DNA from: Chrysomallon squamiferum
Taxonomy: Eukaryota > Animalia > Mollusca
Assembly: GCA_012295275.1 (NCBI GenBank)
Contig: CM022671.1
Span: 16,864,001-16,928,000 of the forward strand
Direction: 5' to 3'
Length of the DNA: 64,000 bases
The notes below the pieces were generated by a model, which was not told the origin of the DNA, did no database searches, and saw nothing but the letters and a program-made list of their open reading frames with translations. The translations under genes and the position numbers were made by a program. This document shows, one piece after another, positions 27,758 to 42,500 of this stretch. The first letter of the stretch is position 1, and every line of letters starts with the position of its first letter.

Positions 27758-30700
27758 CAACATCTGAGAGATTAGGAACTGCTGTTTGAGAGAGAGAGAA
27801 AGAGAGAGAAAGAATGGATGGATGGTTTTTGAAAGATTTAAAAAAAAAAAACCCTGTGTCCTGGTTGTTAGAATCATTTGTGTGTGTGTGTAATATTCAC
27901 ATTTATTACGATTTTAGGTTTTTGTGTCTGACATATTTGTTTTAGAGTGTGTTTTGTGTAAATTATTAGTACTAAGATCTTAAACATTTGAAGGGTTAAA
28001 TGTTTAGGTGGGTTTTTTTTTTTTATTAGCTTAATAAAATGAAAATAAAAATAAATAAATAAATAAATAGTATAGCAGTATTAATAAAAAAAAGTTGTTT
28101 TTGGATGTTCAGAAGTGTTATAAATAAACTACATCATGCAGGTTAGATCTTTTTTTAATGTTAAATGTTAAAGAAGCATACAATATTGATTTTTTGTTAT
28201 GGTTCTGTTAGATGAAGTTACTTTTTAAAAATATGAATTAGATGCATTTAATACTACAAAAGTATTGTTTAATTTTTAATAAAACATTAAAAAAAAACCT
28301 ACATGTTTTAATTACGTTTTTGTACAAAACTTTTACTTTATAATTGTTGATGGGTGAATGTTACTTTTTTTTTTTTCTTTTTTTTTTAAAACATGTTTCA
28401 TTAAATGATTTCTTTTTAAACTGTTCAACTGTAGAAATAGTGTTGTCATTTTATTCAGATTTATTATTTAACTCGGAACTGTTGTTTATCCTTCTTGGAC
28501 TGATAGCCATTGTAATTCACAATTTGTTATTTATTTTCCTGTTTTTAATCACACTTGTTCTTTGATCTCAGAAAGGCTTTAAATTAAAAATACTCAGTAT
28601 GTTGTTAACTGGATAGGGAGGATCTGTAAGAAGAGTATTTTCACTCATTTTCAATAAAAGCAGTAGCACATTTCTAGTTTATTTATTTATCTGACATAAA
28701 ATTGTACAATGAAATGTAAGTTTTTTTTTTTTTTTTTTTAATGAAATAATTCACTCTATGGGTGGTATAGTGATTATTTTCACAAATACAATAGTTTCAA
28801 GTCTTCTGCTAGAGCTACAGCTCACAAAATGCTATCTGTGGCAAATCATCAACAAAAGCCATTCAGTTAAAATTGTGACAGATGTTTGTAAGATAATAAA
28901 TTATATATTTCTACAAATATGCTAATTGCAAGTACATTCTCTTACCAGGCCTGTTACAAATTATTATCTATACAATAAAAGGCAACTTAAGTTAAACCTG
29001 CGTAATAATAAATTATATCAGCATATCTCAATCAGATCTCAATATTTCATCTGCTCCATGCACCAGAATTGTATAACCCATGACTGGAAATGTATTAAAA
29101 ATACAATAAGTTCAACGCACCAGATAAAATCAAGTTAATTATATCTTACATTTTGTCTTCAACAAATTGGATAATCTCTTTGAACGTAGTTCATCAGTTC
29201 TTGTTTAAAACAGCTCTGTCATGGAATTTTTCTGTTTGAAAAAAATAAATAACTTGTTTACTTAATGAAATTTTGTATACAAGAACATTGGTTTTCCTCT
29301 TTCTTTATGTATTTGACCATTACTGTTAACCATAATTATGTTTAATGCCCTATATTTAAAACCTTGAGTATATAATAGAACATTTCTTTCTTCACTTCTT
29401 CTTTATTTCATTTGTTTTAATTTAAAACTTGAATGATACAGTATGAAATTCATTCCCTAAATGAATCATTAATAAAACCCATAATAAATTTATTTAAAAT
29501 AAATTTTGAAAGAACAGAATATGTTAAACCGATTTCCATGACATAATTTTCTTATTTAATGAAATCCAGTTATTCAAAATATACATGTACAAAATTTTTA
29601 TCTTTGATTGGATATAGTTTCTTTGTTTCACAATCTGGAAAAATACACACATGGGGCTAATGATCTAATTAAAAATGTGAAAGTTATGGAAATTATTTCA
29701 AGAAATGTATAGTGGTAATCGAGAAGTGCTTATTAATATATTTTTATAACTTTCTTATTTGACAAAAATAGATTTCTTCAAAAGTTAATCTATTCTTTTC
29801 ATTTAACAAAATGGTTTAGGTTAAATTCTAGTCTCTATATACTTTGTATAACAACAAACCAAGGAAAAATAACTCCTGTATTCATAATCAACTGAAACTG
29901 AGGCTGTATCTTTTGTTATCATGTTCATTGTTAAATCATTTTTTATTATTATTATCAGTGTTATATATAAATCATTATTCTTCCAGTAAACAATTATGGC
30001 AGCATGAAAAAATCTGTTTCAAAATGGCTACTCTCATTTTAGAATAATTCCTGATGATCATAAATCTTTTTTGTATATTTTTTTATTTTTTTATTTTTAT
30101 TTTGACAATTTTTTTTTTTTTTTAAATACAAGTCTTAATATTATTTTCTGTTCAGCTTTGTCAAGATTCTTTAATGTAGATTCTTTACGATGTAGACAGC
30201 TTGAAAATAAATCTTTTTTACACTGTTCTACATGTCTTTTGTGACTGGAAACAAATACATTTTATCTTGAGCTAATTATTAAAAAATAATGATACTTTAA
30301 TGAAAGAATCACCAGGAAGCAGTTTTAATGTTTGTTTTGTCTGTATTCAATATCTCTGGTCAAATGGACAAAGATACTGCTGAATGATAATTACATTTTC
30401 ATGTAACTGATTAAAGGTATCCATGTTTTAAATTGTACTGGACAAACATGTCCATTACAGGCAGGCTAGAACCATTATTACCGTCTGATAGAAAATATTT
30501 GTATGTTCATATTTTATTTTATTTTTTTGATATAAATATTCTTAAAAAAACACATATTTGTTAAAACTGCTAAATTAAAAATTAGTAACTATAATTTTTT
30601 TTTTTTCTTGATTAAGTCGAATTGATTTTAAATACTAATAAAACAGAATTTAAGTGGAGATACCTGTTAAGGGATGGATTGCAGCCATGATGCATGAAAG

Positions 30701-31361
30701 CTGCAATAATTAGTCCTTCATTACTAACCATACAAACCAATAATACTGCATGTCCTGTTAGTATAATACACACTATGCTTACTTTCCTATCACCAGCAAA
30801 ATGAATTTGTTATGATTTCTTCATACAGAACTTAAAGTTACTTTAGTTTTTACATTTATGATCATACAAACATGTTACAAACTAAATTTACACATGTATA
30901 AAAGATAAACACAATAATTTATAATACAAAGATATTTTAATCTAGACAGCCACATGTATATTTTTTCTATGAAACTAGTATTATTAATATTACACAATTA
31001 AACAGGGTTTTTTATTATTTTATTTGTTTACTGCTAGCTATGTATATAAAATAGATTTCAGCTGTTTGTTCACATCATCAAATGTATTGTATTTAAATGT
31101 GCCCATCTAATTAATTTATAATTTTGGTGTCATATTTTTTTTTTTTTTTTTTCTTTTTTTTTAAAAATACAGTTTGTTTTCTTTGTTGTTTTTTTCAACA
31201 TTTATATTGCTAAATGCAAATATTTACAAAAATCAAAAGATTATTTTAATGTATTTTCTGGTTGTTAAATGTAATAACTGCAGGGAAACCTATTTATTAA
31301 TTTTTGGGGCTATTTTGAACTACATGTTTTTATTTAACATAATTACTATTATTTATTTTAT

Positions 31362-31399
<38 letters not shown>

Positions 31400-31898
31400 A
31401 ATTATATTTATAATTTTACTTTTGTGATTATTAGATTATTATACTTTGAAATGAAATATATAGAAATAAGATTCATTTTATTTTTTTGATTGGATATTTA
31501 TATATTTTAGTTATGTTTTAAAAATAAATATTTAAAAAAAAGGATCTCTTCGTTTGATTATATATTTAAGTATTTTAATTAATTTAAATACACAGTTTCA
31601 GTTTGACAAATACAAATTTAATCTTTATTAAAAATTATGATTTAAAAAATATTTACTGAAGCTACAGGGTTCTGATTAATAGCTTGGATTTAAAATATTT
31701 GATTTACTCAAACAACAACAATGTAAGTAATATTAAGTACATTTGATCAAAACAAGTCCCAATTACTTTTTTTGTTGTGATGTGTATAATTGTGCACTGA
31801 AATAGCCAAACAGTTATTTCAGTTATTGTCTCTAGCAGAGATGGAATAAACTTTTTTCAAAGGGAAAAACATTTTTGTGTTGTTTATATTAACATTAC

Positions 31899-31943
<45 letters not shown>

Positions 31944-32109
31944 GGCTTTCTCAAGCTGAAATTAGGCTCAGCATGTCCTTTAAGCTATTTCATTGATCCA
32001 GTAACCCAACAATGGGTTCGTCAAAATCTGTTTGTGTGTTTCTATGAGAAGGTGCCTATGTATGATTTCTTACTGCTAATTAATAAAAAGAATAACCTCT
32101 GGTGTGTTA

Positions 32110-32385
32110 ACATTAATTTTCTAAAGAAATTTCTCTTTCTTATGGTTATTAGTAAACAAAGTGTAATATAACTTTCTATAATTTATTGCTTAAACAAAAT
32201 ACCAAACTAAAAAAAAAATTAAAAAAATTAAAAATCAAAATCTATTTCTTATGGTTTTTTAGTACCAAAGAATAATACAACTTTTTATAATTTTCACCGT
32301 GTACTGGTTTTCTAAAGAAATGCCTATTTCTTATGGTTTTTATTGATCAAAATGTAATATATTAACATTTTATAATTTTTAGTAT
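32110..32385. repeat. Three diverged ~90-110 bp tandem units between HDHD5 and ISY1
   Basis: Repeated tttcttatggtt(a/t)ttag/ttgat...taatataactttttataattt. Confidence 0.7.
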
Positions 32386-33602
32386 ATTTCTATTAAAAAA
32401 ACTTCAAACTTGCCCTTTGTAAGCACAATCTCTGATTAGTCTGTTCTTCCAGAAATCAGAATAAGTCATATGTCAGAAACGTAAAATAGAAGGCCTCTTT
32501 GATGTTTATCTATACAGTAATTATAAATGTTAAAAACTGTCAAAGTCAGCAGAATTTTGTTTTAACAGTAAAAAAATTTAATTTTCACTTCAAATATTAT
32601 TACTAATCCATATTTATTAAAAAATAAAAGTAATCAAGTATGCTTCAAATAAAGCCATAAAATGATGCAACAAAAAAACAAACAATTATTATTTGTTAAT
32701 TTGTTTTATTTTTTACAAAAAGTTTTATGAAATTATCTCTATATACAAATGTATAACAAATGGTTTCAATATTTATGAAATGAGTTAATGAATATATGAA
32801 TTTTAAAAAAGAAAAGAAATAAGGAATGACTATAAGATTCAACTGTTTTTAATTATTTCTTGACTTTTAATTTCATTTTGTATTACTGATTGATGAATGT
32901 TTTTTTATTAACCATTCCACATTTCTTGAACAATGTGACAGAGACATAAAATGATACAATGACAATGATTTGCAACAGAGTCTTGAACACTGATCTGAAA
33001 GGACATATTAACCTTTTGAATACAGCTAGTAATAAACTCTTTATACAGATGTTTCCTCCAGCTGCTTTCATTTCAGTGTAACACCAGTTCTACATTTGCA
33101 TGTTGTTAAGCATACATCCTATACAGTCCACTGTTAATTCAGATTCCGAAGTCACTTACATTATATACATTATGTTATATAATTTCTTCAGTGATATATC
33201 TTCAACAATGAATCAAAAATTAAAAAATTAAAATAAAAATCAAAAATATAAAAAAAAGTATGTCGAAGAAAATGAAGAATATTGAGGACAAAGTTATTTT
33301 CCACAACTTGTATTATTTTCAATTTATGTGGAGGATTAAATGTCTGAACCAGCATCCATGATACCGTGACAGCCATGGATATCTTAGGGTCTGTTATGAT
33401 ATCTGTTATGATACTACAATCATGTTGTTACCCCAGTCATATTCCACCATGTTCTGCTTATGTGTTTTCTTCAACAGTAAATGTTGGCAGTAATATCACA
33501 ATGTTTTTAATTAAGAATCATTCATTGTCAACCCTTCATAATAATTTCCACGGTGATACGTTTGTCAGTGAGAAGAAATGTCTGTTGTCGAAGTTGCCAG
33601 TG

Positions 33603-36600
33603 TCAGACTCCAAGCATCTTTCTGACATCTTGTTCTTCCTCCTGCAGACTGTCACTAGCATACATCTGTAACAACTCGATCTTCTTCCTGTGTACCAGGG
33701 CAGCTTCAATCTGAAGAAAGAGACAAAGAAATAGCATCAAAGTCTGACATTTTAGGTAATGAAAACTGCATTAGCAATATATTTTACACAAATGAATGTA
33801 AATCTAACACATTACAAAAATTCCTTGCTTTCATTTTTTTTTTATTTACCTATATAATTTTTTTTTATTTAGATATGTGTGCATGTATATATTATATAAA
33901 GTAAATAAATAAATAAAAGAAAACATTATTTACTTAAGATAAAACAAACATTAGAACTGTTTAATTATTTATTTAGAACAAAGAGAGAGTGTGTGTGTGT
34001 GTGATGTTACCTCTTTCTGAGATGGGACAGGAACATGAGCAATAAAATGTTGTTCTGTTTCTTTTTCTGCAGTTGTCTCCTCTGTAATTTCATCAATCTG
34101 AAAAACCAAAACACAAACAAAGGATAAAATCTAAAATTTATAATAAATTTAAAATTCCATACAGCTTTATTTGATGTTAAATTCATTGAATTTGTATCAT
34201 AAACTGTTAGTAATGAAAAATAAAAATAAATGGTCTTATATAATTTAATGTTAAATTGATTAAATTTGTATATTAAACTGGTAGTAATGAAAAATAAAAT
34301 AAAGCAGTCCAATTAATTTAATATATTATTGAAATTTATAAACTGTCCTGACTTTTAACAAATTAATAATTAAAAAAGAATGATTATCTATGTTTTCTAT
34401 CTCAGCAGTTGTATTTGAAAGTGTTATCCATAAACTGAACAATTTTTCAAATTTTAAGATAAAAAGATGCAGACTATAATCTCTTTCTCACACAGAAAAA
34501 CTTACATCTTCAGTTTGGTAAATCAGGTCATCTGTTTCCATCTCTTCCTCTTCAGTTATCTCCCCTTGCTTAATCTTTCTCTGGTGTTCTTTCCACTGTG
34601 CCACTAACTGAACTATTGCTAAAATAACAAATAAAATAAACATTATTATTTTTTCAAGAGAGAAGAAGGAGTTCCTAGCATGGCTGAAGTGTTACTGTAA
34701 CAAAAAAAATAAAATAAAATAAAATAAAAGTGTATTACTGTTGTAAGAAAAAAAGAAAAGAATGACTAATGGTGAATTGAACAAAAAGCTTAAATAAAAT
34801 AAAGATTTATTACTGCTACAAGAAAGAAAGACTGACTAATCATTTCTGACTGAACTACTGCTGCAAGCTTAAATAAAATAGAAGATTTATTACTGTTTCA
34901 AGACAGAAAGAATGACTAAGATGGATGAACTATTACAGCAAAAGAACAAATGAATAAATAAAAGAGTGATTAATATGGCTGAACTACTGTTGCAGAAGAA
35001 AAAAATGAATAAATCAAATTTATCAGAGAGAAAAATAATTAATATGACTGAACTGTTGCAAGAGATGGATGAATAAATTCTAAACAAAACTTCAACACTT
35101 TTGTATAAATGGGTTTTAGATTTTAATCACAATGGTCATTTGCATTATTATGAAATACAAGAGGAAAAACACTCCATAAACCAAAAATGTTCTATCAAAA
35201 GTATCACAGTCTTTGATTAAACAGGACTTGTAGAATGTGAAATAAATAAATAATGTGTAAACCAATGCTGCAAGAGAGGTAACTCTTCCTTCAAACATTT
35301 AATTAATGATTAAAACTACATTTTTGTTTTTCTTCATTTTCAAAAACAGGTAATATAATCAATATTTTTTTCTTATAAAAAGTATTTAAATTATTTTGAC
35401 CTTGTTTTTCTGCTTCGTGTTCGAGAGGAACTATGATGCCATCGTCCTCATCTCGGTAACCATAGTAATCAGCGTCAATGTCTTTCATCAACTCTGCCCT
35501 AGTCCTTCTCACTTGAGGAGGGGCTGAAAAATGAAGAGTGAATGTTTAGTATCTTAGTAGTTTTGTATGAATGGATATTGGTATGAAATACAATAAACAT
35601 GTGATATGTTGTGAGCAAGCATCTGAATACAGGTGAGTGTGAATTCATGTGTTTGTGAAAAACAAGAGACAATAACACTTACGCTCCTGTTCAAATAATT
35701 CTCGAACACCAGGCAGATCCTTAGCTGCTCCAAAGTATCTAGAATTAACCAAAATGAATATTAATTAACAACAAAAAAATAAAAATAAAAATAAGAAAAA
35801 TAAAAACAAAAAATAAATAAATGTATCTACTTTAATCAAATGATTTACTGATATATATTAAAGAAAAAGAACATTTATTAATTAAAACAATGGAACCTAT
35901 TATGACAAATCCATAAAAAAAATGTCTTTTATTACAAAATAACTGGAGAGACACACCACATTTGAGTAAAATGAAATTAGAAATAAAACTGCTGTGTTTT
36001 TTTCAGAACCTACTTGTATCCTCTGTTTCCTGGAACTTCTTTTCCTTCATGATCCAGCATTTTGGGTCCCACTTTCTGAAAATTATAAACATATGAAAAT
36101 TATTATTATTATTATTATTTTTTTTTTTTGACATTACAAAGCCAGTTTTGTATATTGTGTAATTCTGCATTAGCAATCAAAAAGAATGTTGCTATTAATC
36201 ATCAGATCTTTACATCTAGAGAACACCTGTCTATCCAGTATATTTTTTAAGATTAAACTTAACTGCTTTATTGTTAAAATTGTTATCTACCTCAGCTGTT
36301 TCTTATTTCAAACAACTATTTAAAGAAAGTAAAACGTTTTTTCTAATTCCATCATGTTATTTTGATAGTAAAGTTTTTATTATATAGAACTAGAAAGAGC
36401 TTTTAAACAAAGCAAAATGTTTGTTCACACAAATTTTTTTTAACAGTAAAGTTTTTATTATGTAGCATTAGGAAGAGCTATTTAAAAAAACGTAAAGTAT
36501 TTGTTCATACATATTGTTTTAACAGTAAAGTTTTTATTATATAGAATTAGAAAGAGCTATTTAAAAAAATGTAAAGTATTTGTTCATACATAGTTTTAAT

Positions 36601-39067
36601 AGCAAAGTTTTTATTAATTAAAAGTATAAATACTTTGTAATCTGTGCCTCCAAGTTCAATAATTCTGTCCTCCCAGTGACCTTTTTCTCTGAGCAGTTTG
36701 TTAATCTCATCATTGAGATCTCGGAGTCGAAATTCTCCAAGACCAGCTAACAACAACAACAACAACAATAGATTATAGGTATTTGTATGAATATTAATGT
36801 CCTCTGAAAAACTTTAGTAACAGGGAAACAACAACTCATGTAATCTGTGAAATCATTTTAATAATTTCATTACAAAAAATGTTAAATATTTTATTTATTT
36901 TTTATGGACTGTGCAAAGTCAGTAAATTATCCATGACTGATAATCAGGAATTTTTAGTTTCTACACCACTAATTTACTGTGAATAGATATTTGAACCTCT
37001 TAATATCAATCTTTAAAATTTGTTTAGCACTAATTATGAAAGTAAGACAATATAATAATTATAGATATATAAAAAGTAATAATAATAATAAATAAAATAA
37101 ATAAAAAGATTTAATAATATTATAATCTCTTTCAGTGCTGTTACAGTGTTATTTAAACCAGACAAGAATGATTTTTCTGTATTTATAATCATTCTCTAAT
37201 TAATTAATCTAAATCTAGTGAATGTGGAGAAAAACATAACATTATAAAAATTACCATTCTGAATCTGAGCTACTTTGCGAGATATTTCACCAATGATTTG
37301 ACGTCTCCACTTTTCACATTGATGAAGGTCATTGCACTCTGTTGCAAGATAAGGACGTCTTTCCTTGAAAAATAAAATATTCATTTAATACATATATAAA
37401 TATAGTAGTTAAACATTTATAAATTATAATGGTAACACCTTCAACTAATTATAAAAGTTCAGTATATTAATGTTGTAACTGCAGAAATTTTCCATTGTAA
37501 TAAATATAAACAAATATCTGTCTGTCTATCTGTCTATAAAATAGATTGTATTTAATTTCAACAAATGTCTACTTTAAGACTTAAGGTAAAACAAAAATTA
37601 TTCTGCTTCTATATAACTTAGTTTTAAGTTGTGTATATAATTATATATATATAATAAAATGGACAAGTTGACATACTTGATAAAAAATATATATATATTA
37701 CTTTTAAACATTTAATTTTGTTTTCTGAAAATATGCATTTTAGTAAATTTACCCTTTCTTTGACATTGTCTAGATGAGCTGCTCTCCACCTGGCCAATGT
37801 GGTCCTGAAAATAAATGTAATAATTTAAAATCAACTCACATGTAGATATATGTGTGTGTGTAAACAGAAAATGATATGTTCAAAAAGAAAAATAATTTAA
37901 AAATTAAATTAATGAATAGATTTATTTGTTAATCAACAGAAGCAAATACAAAAATTAATATAATAACCTAAAGTTTTAAGTCATGAAGTTATTAGATACA
38001 TCAAAAGTAGATTGCAACTTAAAATAATAATAAACAGTATATTTAATGTATTATAATGTACTGAACATTGATGTTTGTATTAGCAAATGGAGGTAAAAGT
38101 ACTTACATAGCCTTTTCACTGTTACGTGCCTAAAATAAAAAATAAAAATAAATAAATTATAACTGTTATACACTGATTCTCATTTAAAGGAATGATAAAA
38201 ACTTGATAAATTATTCAAGCAGAAAGGCAGTCCAAAGATACTTCAGGCATTGCATGTTCTCAAAAATAAATATTTACTGTATATATGTTCAACTTTGTAA
38301 CTATATCCATAACTTGCATAATTAAAATAAACTACTTCTTGTTTCTTTGTTTTTATATGGCATTAAGACAATATAGTATGTAGAAGGGTTACACTTCCTT
38401 TGATACTGATATTACTATAGTATTATTATTATTACTTATTTTATTTACTTATTTTATTATTACTATCTAAAATTTATAAAATACACAAATGCTGATAAAA
38501 ATGCTTTGTTGTATGTAATTGTGAATAAATTGGAATGTACAAATTCAAACTGTCATGATAAAATTGACATTGAACTTTCTAAGAAAACTAAACGGTATCA
38601 AATTTTTATTTTTTATCAGAACCAAATACAATTCGGAAATTAGGTAATGTATCATTTAAAAAGATAAACTATGACTTAGGTATCTGTGAAGTTACATAAT
38701 CAACCGATATTTCACTTTCTTTATGGTATTAAAAAATGTAATGTTCAGAAAGTTCTAAAACAATCTAAAAATGAAGACAAGTAAGTTTCCACTTCCTTTA
38801 ACCATCATTATTATGTTTAATTTTAATAATCATTATTATATCTGAGTTTAATTAATGTACTGAAAAGTAAAAGTATAATCATAATAATGTTTATAATAAT
38901 TATAATAAATGACAAATGTCAATTCAAATGTTGTATTTTATTTATCGACATCGTTTAAGTATAAAAGTAGCAATATATAATGATCATATTATTCTTAGTA
39001 ACAGATCATACTTGGCGAATTGATCAAATCGTTTAATTCACATAAATATTATATCAAATATTACCAT
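33603..39067 (-). CDS. ISY1: Pre-mRNA-splicing factor ISY1 (NTC component), about 282 aa
   Basis: Exons 39067-39065 (ATG only), 38129-38107, 37804-37753, 37363-37255, 36746-36634, 36075-36014, 35738-35683, 35523-35401, 34618-34506, 34097-34011, 33710-33603. Translation MARNSEKAMTTLARWR...ERRPYLATEC...GEFRLRDLNDEINKLLREKGHWE...GNRGYKYFGAAKDLPGVRELF...DADYYGYRDEDDG...FIAHVPVPSQKEIE. Confidence 0.95.
36300..36625. repeat. ~80-90 bp tandem repeat (about 4 units) in ISY1 intron 5
   Basis: Repeated cagtaaagtttttattatatagaaytagaaagagct...aaagtatttgttcatac, starting just inside the donor. Confidence 0.85.
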
Positions 39068-39266
39068 ATTGTATCTGTAATTATTTCCACACAAAATACA
39101 GCATACGACTTGATCACAGCTCTTGATGCAGCTACCGATCACATTGCGATCGTAGAACGTTTAATGGTTGAAGCGTAACAGCAACAGCAAACAGTTTATA
39201 TTTTTCTTTTGCTTGTCTTTTAATTATTTGTTGTCATTTGTAAATCAACTCATTCTGATTGTGCAG
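39068..39266. promoter_or_regulatory. Compact bidirectional promoter/5'UTR region of ISY1 and IMP4
   Basis: The ISY1 ATG (39067, -) and the donor of a likely IMP4 non-coding first exon (CAG|GTAATA at 39266, +) are about 200 nt apart; locally CpG-enriched. Confidence 0.65.
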
Positions 39267-39567
39267 GTAATATCTAAACTAGAAATAGTTAGTAACATTT
39301 GAATTTATGCAGCTTTGGATTTCGTTTCTTAAAATGTCTGGATGAAATAAATGACTGCATAAAATGCTGGATCTCAAACTGTAAGGATGGAATTGACAAA
39401 GATACTAAATATATCCGGTTTGGAATTTCCGTTTCTGTTTATGATACCACGTGAAATTTGTTTTCATTCACATAAATGTTTATTTTGTTAAATATAATTG
39501 ATAGTTTAAAACTTACTTTTATTATTTATAAATTTCAGAAGAGTAAACCGACTGAGCATTAATTGTC

Positions 39568-42500
39568 ATGGTGAGTTTTAATTATGAATATATAATTTTT
39601 AACATCATGTTTCAGACGTTTCACTGTTTGAAACTCTTGTAATTTTGTATTGACTGTTGGTATTACACTGTTGTGTTTAACACTGACAGTGTGTTTCAGT
39701 CTTTAGTTAATATTAAAAATAGTTATCAGTATTCATGAGATTCGTACTTTTAAGTTTTAACGTATTCAAATTAGTTTTTTCTTATAGTTAATTATTTAAT
39801 AGGCATATAATGATATAAACTATCAAAAATTTGAAATTTCAGTCACTGATAGATTCTTCCTTAGTTTGGACAATTCATAATTTGATTGATAAATATTTAA
39901 ATTGTCGAATCATGGCGAATGGTTAAACTGACTTCATGAAAAAGTTTACAGAATATTGATAAATACTATAATAATAGTATTTTTTTTTTTTTACATTTAA
40001 AAAAAACAGTCATCAATCAACATGATGTCACTAAAATTAAATAAAAAAATAATGTTATTAAAAACATAAACAACATTTTATGATTTATGTTTTGAAGATC
40101 AGAATGACAAATCTAGAGAAGCATCTGTTCTTTATCTTTTCAATTAGTATCAAGGGGCAGTAGCATTTTTTTTTTATTTATTATTATTATGTATCATGTT
40201 TTTTTTTAACATTAACATTTTCAGTTGCGAAGGCAGGCTAGACTCAGAAGAGAGTATATTTATCGCAAATCCATTGAAGATAGAGAAAGGACAATTCAAG
40301 AAAAGAAGGAAAAATTAAAGCGTTCAATAGATGGTTTGTTTTCTTTATTGTAACATATTTCTGGTTTAATAATGAGTATTATTAAAATTAAATTATTCTG
40401 TTAACACAATGGACATATAATAGGAAAGATAATAGTTATGTTTTTAAATATTTGTTTTATTATTCTTTTAAAGATTAAAAAATGGTTTTAGAAAATAGAA
40501 TAAAAAATAGTTATAAACTTAAAAATTAGTTCTAATATATAAAAAGAAATGTAAATATTTTTCTTACCTATTTTCTTCAGATTTTGTAAACTGATGATAT
40601 AAATGTTATTTCAATTTTCAGAAAATAAAGAGATTCCCAGTGATTTGAGAAAAGATGCTATTGCTTTGGAGAAATCATTGCACTGGGAGGATGAAGGTGC
40701 AGATGGTGGGTTGATGTTTTTCTTTTTATAATCAATCAGAAATATTTTCAGGTTTTTTGTTTCTTAGTGTCATTTTTGGTCATTCCAAATAAAACTTCCA
40801 CTATTTAATATATTTTGGCATGAATAGAGTTCAATTTCCAATCAATGAAAATCCTTTGGAGAAAAAAACTTACATTTATGCCATGTACAGTTGAATCTTC
40901 TCAGGCATTAGTTTATAATTCTTTTTTTTAAAATTGACTTTTTGTCCATTATATACAGGTGGTATTATTTTTAAAATATTTTTGTCTTAATTAATGTCCA
41001 TTACCTGATATGAATAAATATAAATCTGCTTCATCAACTTCTAAAAATCTAAATATTCTTTTGCTGAAATATTCTTTTTAAAAATTTTGTTTACAGGTGT
41101 TACAACTCATATGGATGATGAGTACAAGTGGGCAGGTGTAGAAGATCCCAAAGTGATGATCACAACATCTCGAGACCCAAGTTCTAAGCTGAAGCAGTTC
41201 GCCAAGGTAAAGTTCACAGTTTGTTAAATAAATCTCAGCTCACAACCTTATAGGTGTATCAGAAATTTATATTAGATCATTAGCAGTTTATTTGATTTAA
41301 TACCACCTTAAGTTTGTCATTGTGATTATGGTGCCATTTCTTGCATCTTTCATTTCTCTATAGCTGACCTATCAAGTGCTGTCTCTGTGCTTTCTGTAGA
41401 AATATGTTTGTGTAAAACAGTTAATACATAAAAAAAATAACATGTTGATAATTAATTATAACAGTACTCATCTTCACTGTACAAAATTTGTATTTAACAA
41501 GTTTATTAACTTGACGTATGTATTTATCCACTTATTTGTTCAATACTGTAGATTAAAATTCTTATGTGTTAAAATGTTCAGCATTGAAATAATAAAGGGC
41601 CACATTAATAAATTTGTTCCCCTATATCCATCCATCTGTCTGTCCATCCATCCACCCATTATTATTATTACTATTTTCTATAGGAAATAAAACTGATTTT
41701 CCCAAACAGTCAGAGGATAAATCGAGGAAATTATGAAATCAAACAGCTGCTTGATGCTTGTCGGGCAAATGATGTCACAGACCTGCTTCTTGTTCAAGAA
41801 CACAGAGGTGTTCCTGGTAAGAATTTATCAGTTTAGATCAGAAAAATCTGCTACGTGACAAAATGAACATTTAACAATTTGTTTTACCCTAACTAAGACC
41901 TTTTAGGGTTTTTTCCTCCTCATCATTCCATATGTGATTAGTTATTATTCAGAAACTTTTATAATGAGCTTCAGTGGGAAGGTACATACAAAATACCATT
42001 TTCTGCATATGTAAATTTCCTCTCCTTAGGCATCATTACAGAAATAACTATGATTTATAACTCCTTGTGTTACATGTTGTTATGTGTAATTAAATAAAAA
42101 ATTTATTTATTCATGCTAACTTCTAAGAATCCAGCAGATGTGTCATTAATTAAACTAATATTAGTTTTATTAATTACTAAGAAATGGAGATTTAAATAAA
42201 AAAAATATGAATTATGATTTATTCATTGATAACAAATATTGATATTATTTAATTGTTTTAATTTACAGAACAAAAGTTTTGGTTGAATGCTCTATAAATA
42301 TTTATATTATACATTGTTTTTCAGATGGTTTGGTTGTTTGTCATTTACCATATGGACCAACAGCATACTTCACTTTATCAAATGTTGTGATGCGTCACGA
42401 TATTCCAGAAGTAAAAACAATGTCTGAAGCTTTTCCACATTTAATTTTTCACAATTTCTCATCTAAACTGGGTAACAGGGTGAGTGAAGGCAATTCTGAA

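Noticed and set aside
33366-33671. 101-aa plus-strand ORF
   Set aside because: Antisense to the ISY1 last exon and 3'UTR; no recognisable product.
36300-36625. ISY1 intron 5 repeat as another junction echo
   Set aside because: It starts next to the donor, but its units contain no exon sequence or splice site.
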